Assembly (NCBI GenBank): GCA_963742735.1
Contig: CAVUMN010000003.1
Coordinates: forward strand, 704,001 to 768,000
Length of the DNA stretch: 64,000 nt
Direction: 5' to 3'
Origin: an uncultured Actinomycetes bacterium
GTDB lineage: Bacteria > Actinomycetota > UBA4738 > JBBDTT01
The translations under genes were made by a program, and so were the position numbers. Of the stretch, positions 61,027 through 64,000 are shown one piece after another. Each line of letters starts with the position of its first letter. The first letter of the stretch is position 1. The notes below the pieces were generated by a model. It did no database searches. It was not told where the DNA came from and saw only the letters and a program-made list of their open reading frames with translations.

Positions 61027-62151
61027 GTGACTGAACATCCGGGAGCGGAATCGCCCGCGGGCGACGAGGACCTCATGCGCCGGGCGATCCACCTGGCCGA
61101 GCGGGGGCGGGGCCTGGTGTCCCCGAACCCCCTCGTCGGCGCGGTCCTGGTCCGAGACGGTGAGGTCGTGGGCGAGGGGTGGCACGAGGGACCCGGCACG
61201 CCCCACGCCGAGATCGGCGCACTCCAGGCCGCCGGCGAGCGCGCCCGCGGCGCGACCCTGTACGTCACCCTCGAGCCCTGCAGCCATCAGGGCCGGACGC
61301 CCCCGTGCGCGCCGGCGGTCGTCGAGGCCGGCGTGACCCGGGCCGTCGTGGCGATGCAGGACCCCAACCCACTCGTCGACGGCGAGGGCCTGAGCCTGCT
61401 TCGCGACGGTGGCCTCCAGGTCGAGGTCGGCGTTGCCGCCGCCGCGGCCGAGGAGCAGAACCTGGCCTTCGTCCACCACGTGCGCACCGGCCTGCCCCAC
61501 GTGACCCTCAAGATGGCGGCCTCGCTCGACGGCAAGGCCGCCGCGCGCGACGGGTCCTCCAAGTGGATCAGCGGCGAGGAGTCCCGCCGGCGCGTCCACC
61601 GCATGCGGGCCGCGGCCGACGCGATCATGGTCGGCGCGGCGACCGCGGCGAAGGACGACCCGGCGCTCACGTGCCGGGACCCCGGCTACCACGGCAAGCC
61701 GAAGCTTCGGGTCCTGGTCGACGGCCGAGGGATCGTCCCCGCCACGCACACCCTGTTCGACGGCGAGGCCCCGACGCTGGTCGCCACCACGCCTGCGGCG
61801 GACGAGGCGCTCGTCGAGGCGTGGAAGCGCGCGGCCGACGTCGTGGTCTACGAGACCCCGGAGGGGGTCGTCCCCCTCGAGGCGCTGATGAAGGACCTGG
61901 CCGCCCGCGGGGTCCAGTCGGTGCTCCTGGAGGGCGGGCCGACGCTGGCCGAGGACGCGATCCGGGCCGGCGTGGTCGACCGCGTGACGTTCTTCTACGC
62001 GCCGATCCTGGTGGGCGGCGCCGGGGCGCCCGGGATCCTGATGGGGGCGGGGGTCGCGACGATCGGCCAGGCGATCCGGCTGGAGGACGTTCGCTACGAG
62101 CGCTCCGGCGACGACCTGGTGGTGGTGGGGGATGTTCACCGGCATCGTTGA
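61027..62151 (+). CDS. ribD: riboflavin biosynthesis deaminase/reductase
   Basis: PNPLVGAV, HAE, TLEPCSH.GRTPPC, SLDG, KWIS, EGG. Confidence 0.96.
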   Translation: MTEHPGAESPAGDEDLMRRAIHLAERGRGLVSPNPLVGAVLVRDGEVVGEGWHEGPGTPHAEIGALQAAGERARGATLYVTLEPCSHQGRTPPCAPAVVEAGVTRAVVAMQDPNPLVDGEGLSLLRDGGLQVEVGVAAAAAEEQNLAFVHHVRTGLPHVTLKMAASLDGKAAARDGSSKWISGEESRRRVHRMRAAADAIMVGAATAAKDDPALTCRDPGYHGKPKLRVLVDGRGIVPATHTLFDGEAPTLVATTPAADEALVEAWKRAADVVVYETPEGVVPLEALMKDLAARGVQSVLLEGGPTLAEDAIRAGVVDRVTFFYAPILVGGAGAPGILMGAGVATIGQAIRLEDVRYERSGDDLVVVGDVHRHR

Positions 62152-62707
62152 GCACCTCGGGCGCGTGACGTCGATCGAGGGGCCCCGGCTCACGGTCTCG
62201 GCGGGCCCGGTGGCGGCCGACGCGAACCCGGGCGACTCGATCTCCGTGAACGGTGTCTGCCTGACGGTGGTCGCGCGCGACGGCGAGGACCTGGCGTTCG
62301 ACCTGGCCGAGGAGACGCGTTCCGTGACGACCCTTGGGAGGCTGGCGCCGGGCGATCCGGTCAACCTGGAGCGGCCGGTCACCCTGGCCACCCGGCTCGG
62401 GGGCCACGTGGTGCAGGGCCACGTCGACGGGGTGGGCACGGTGCGCGAGGTGGCCCCGGCCGGGGGCGGACGCGAGGTCGCGATCGGGCTCCCGAACGGG
62501 CTCGGGCGGTACCTGGTGGCGAAGGGGTCGGTCACCGTGGACGGCGTGAGCCTGACCGTGGCCGCGCTCGACGACGACTGCTTCCGGGTGGCGCTGATCC
62601 CGCACACCCTGGCCGTGACGACCCTCGGCTCCCTCCGTGAGGGCGACGCGGTGAACCTGGAGGTCGACGTGCTGGCGAAATACGTCGAGCGGCTGATGCA
62701 GCCATGA
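62132..62707 (+). CDS. ribE: riboflavin synthase
   Basis: [37 protein letters not shown]. Confidence 0.96.
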   Translation: MFTGIVEHLGRVTSIEGPRLTVSAGPVAADANPGDSISVNGVCLTVVARDGEDLAFDLAEETRSVTTLGRLAPGDPVNLERPVTLATRLGGHVVQGHVDGVGTVREVAPAGGGREVAIGLPNGLGRYLVAKGSVTVDGVSLTVAALDDDCFRVALIPHTLAVTTLGSLREGDAVNLEVDVLAKYVERLMQP

Positions 62708-63942
62708 GCGAGGAGGAGCCCGTGTTCGCGAGCATCGTGGAGGCCGTCGACGACATCCGCGCCGGGAAGGTCGTGATCGTCGTCGACGACGCCGACCGCG
62801 AGAACGAGGGCGACTTCATCATGGCCGCCGAGCTCGCCACCCCGGAGGCCGTCAACTTCATGGCCACCCACGGGCGCGGGCTGATCTGCCTGCCCACCAC
62901 CGGCGAGCGGCTCGACGAGCTGCGGATCCCGCTGATGGTCAGCCAGAAGGACGGCACACACGAGACCGCGTTCGCGGTCTCGATCGACGCGAAGGACATC
63001 ACCACGACCGGCACGAGCGCGCACGACCGCGCGGCCACGGTGCTGAAGGTCTGCGACCCCGGCGCGCAGCCGGACGACTTCCTGATGCCCGGCCACTGCT
63101 TCCCTCTGCGGGCCCAGGAGGGCGGCGTCCTCAAGCGGGCCGGCCACACCGAGGCGGCGGTCGACCTCGCCAAGCTCGCCGGCCTGTTCCCGGCCGGAGT
63201 CATCTGCGAGATCATGCATCCCGACGGGACCATGGCCCGGCTCGACGAGCTCGGCCGGGTGGCCAAGGAGCACGACCTCAAGCTCATCTCGATCGCCGAC
63301 CTGATCGAGTACCGGCGGCGCCAGGAGGTGCTGGTCGAGCCCGTCGCCGAGGCGAAGATCCCGACCGACTACGGCGAGTTCCGTGCGGTGGCGTACCGCA
63401 GCGTCGTGGACGACCGCGTTCACGTGGCGATGGTCCTCGGTGAGATCGACTCGGCGAGAGACGTCATGGTCCGCGTGCACTCCGAGTGCCTGACCGGCGA
63501 CGTGTTCGGCTCGCTGCGCTGCGACTGCGGCACCCAGCTGGCCGACGCCCTGAACCGGATCGGCCAGGAGGGCGCCGGCGTTCTCCTGTACATCCGTGGC
63601 CACGAGGGGCGGGCGATCGGGCTCGCGCACAAGCTCCGCGCCTACCAGCTGCAGGAGGACGGGCAGGACACCGTGGAGGCGAACGAGGCCCTCGGGTTCC
63701 CGGCCGACCCCCGCGACTACGGCATCGGCGCGCAGATCCTGCACGACCTCGGCGTGCGCTCGATGCGCCTGCTCACGAACAACCCCTCGAAGCGGGCCGG
63801 CCTCGAGGGCTACGGCCTGTCGATCGCCGAGCGCATACCGCTGCAGACCAAGCCCACGGAGCAGAACCTCGAGTACCTGCGGACCAAGCGGGAGAAGCTC
63901 GGCCACCTGCTCGACAACCTCGACGGCGTGGAGGCGACGTGA
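62704..63942 (+). CDS. ribBA: DHBP synthase / GTP cyclohydrolase II
   Basis: [42 protein letters not shown]. Confidence 0.97.
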   Translation: MSEEEPVFASIVEAVDDIRAGKVVIVVDDADRENEGDFIMAAELATPEAVNFMATHGRGLICLPTTGERLDELRIPLMVSQKDGTHETAFAVSIDAKDITTTGTSAHDRAATVLKVCDPGAQPDDFLMPGHCFPLRAQEGGVLKRAGHTEAAVDLAKLAGLFPAGVICEIMHPDGTMARLDELGRVAKEHDLKLISIADLIEYRRRQEVLVEPVAEAKIPTDYGEFRAVAYRSVVDDRVHVAMVLGEIDSARDVMVRVHSECLTGDVFGSLRCDCGTQLADALNRIGQEGAGVLLYIRGHEGRAIGLAHKLRAYQLQEDGQDTVEANEALGFPADPRDYGIGAQILHDLGVRSMRLLTNNPSKRAGLEGYGLSIAERIPLQTKPTEQNLEYLRTKREKLGHLLDNLDGVEAT

Positions 63943-64000
63943 CCGTTCACCGGGGGACGACCGACAGCTCGCGCGGACGGCGATTCGCGGTCGTCGCCTC
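63939..64000 (+). CDS. ribH: lumazine synthase, 3' truncated by window edge
   Basis: GTGA overlap; [21 protein letters not shown] matches RibH N-terminus and operon position. Confidence 0.7.
   Translation, partial: MTVHRGTTDSSRGRRFAVVA

Overview
High-GC actinobacterial chromosome segment, probably from a deep-branching lineage (mIHF, actinobacterial RpoZ, but family-1B PyrD/PyrK and a Bacillus-type 6S RNA). The backbone is conserved housekeeping synteny: hisS-aspS-6S-rarA-alaS-ruvX-mltG-aroE, aroCKBQ-pepQ-efp-nusB, the pyrR-pyrE operon, mIHF-gmk-rpoZ-coaBC-metK-priA-def-fmt-rsmB-rpe and an FMN-riboswitch rib operon. A ~19 kb type IVa pilus locus (10.6-29.4 kb) lies between aroE and aroC. It encodes a roadblock-domain protein, PilB with a MshEN domain, PilT, PilC, three paralogous pilins, a tandemly duplicated three-gene large minor-pilin module, PilD, an Xis/BldC-like HTH protein and PilMNO(P); no PilQ or PilY1 is in the window. 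The most notable signal is its regulatory wiring: five sigma28/WhiG-type promoter motifs (N15 spacer, G(C/T)CGA -10) found only before pilus units, and six tandem 9-bp direct repeats between a sigmaA and a sigma28 promoter upstream of the HTH-pilMNOP operon. Two homopolymer frameshifts (pepQ, pyrK tail) are probably sequence errors. No CRISPR, tRNA, rRNA or mobile element was seen. All calls rest on motif recognition by eye; no searches were run.
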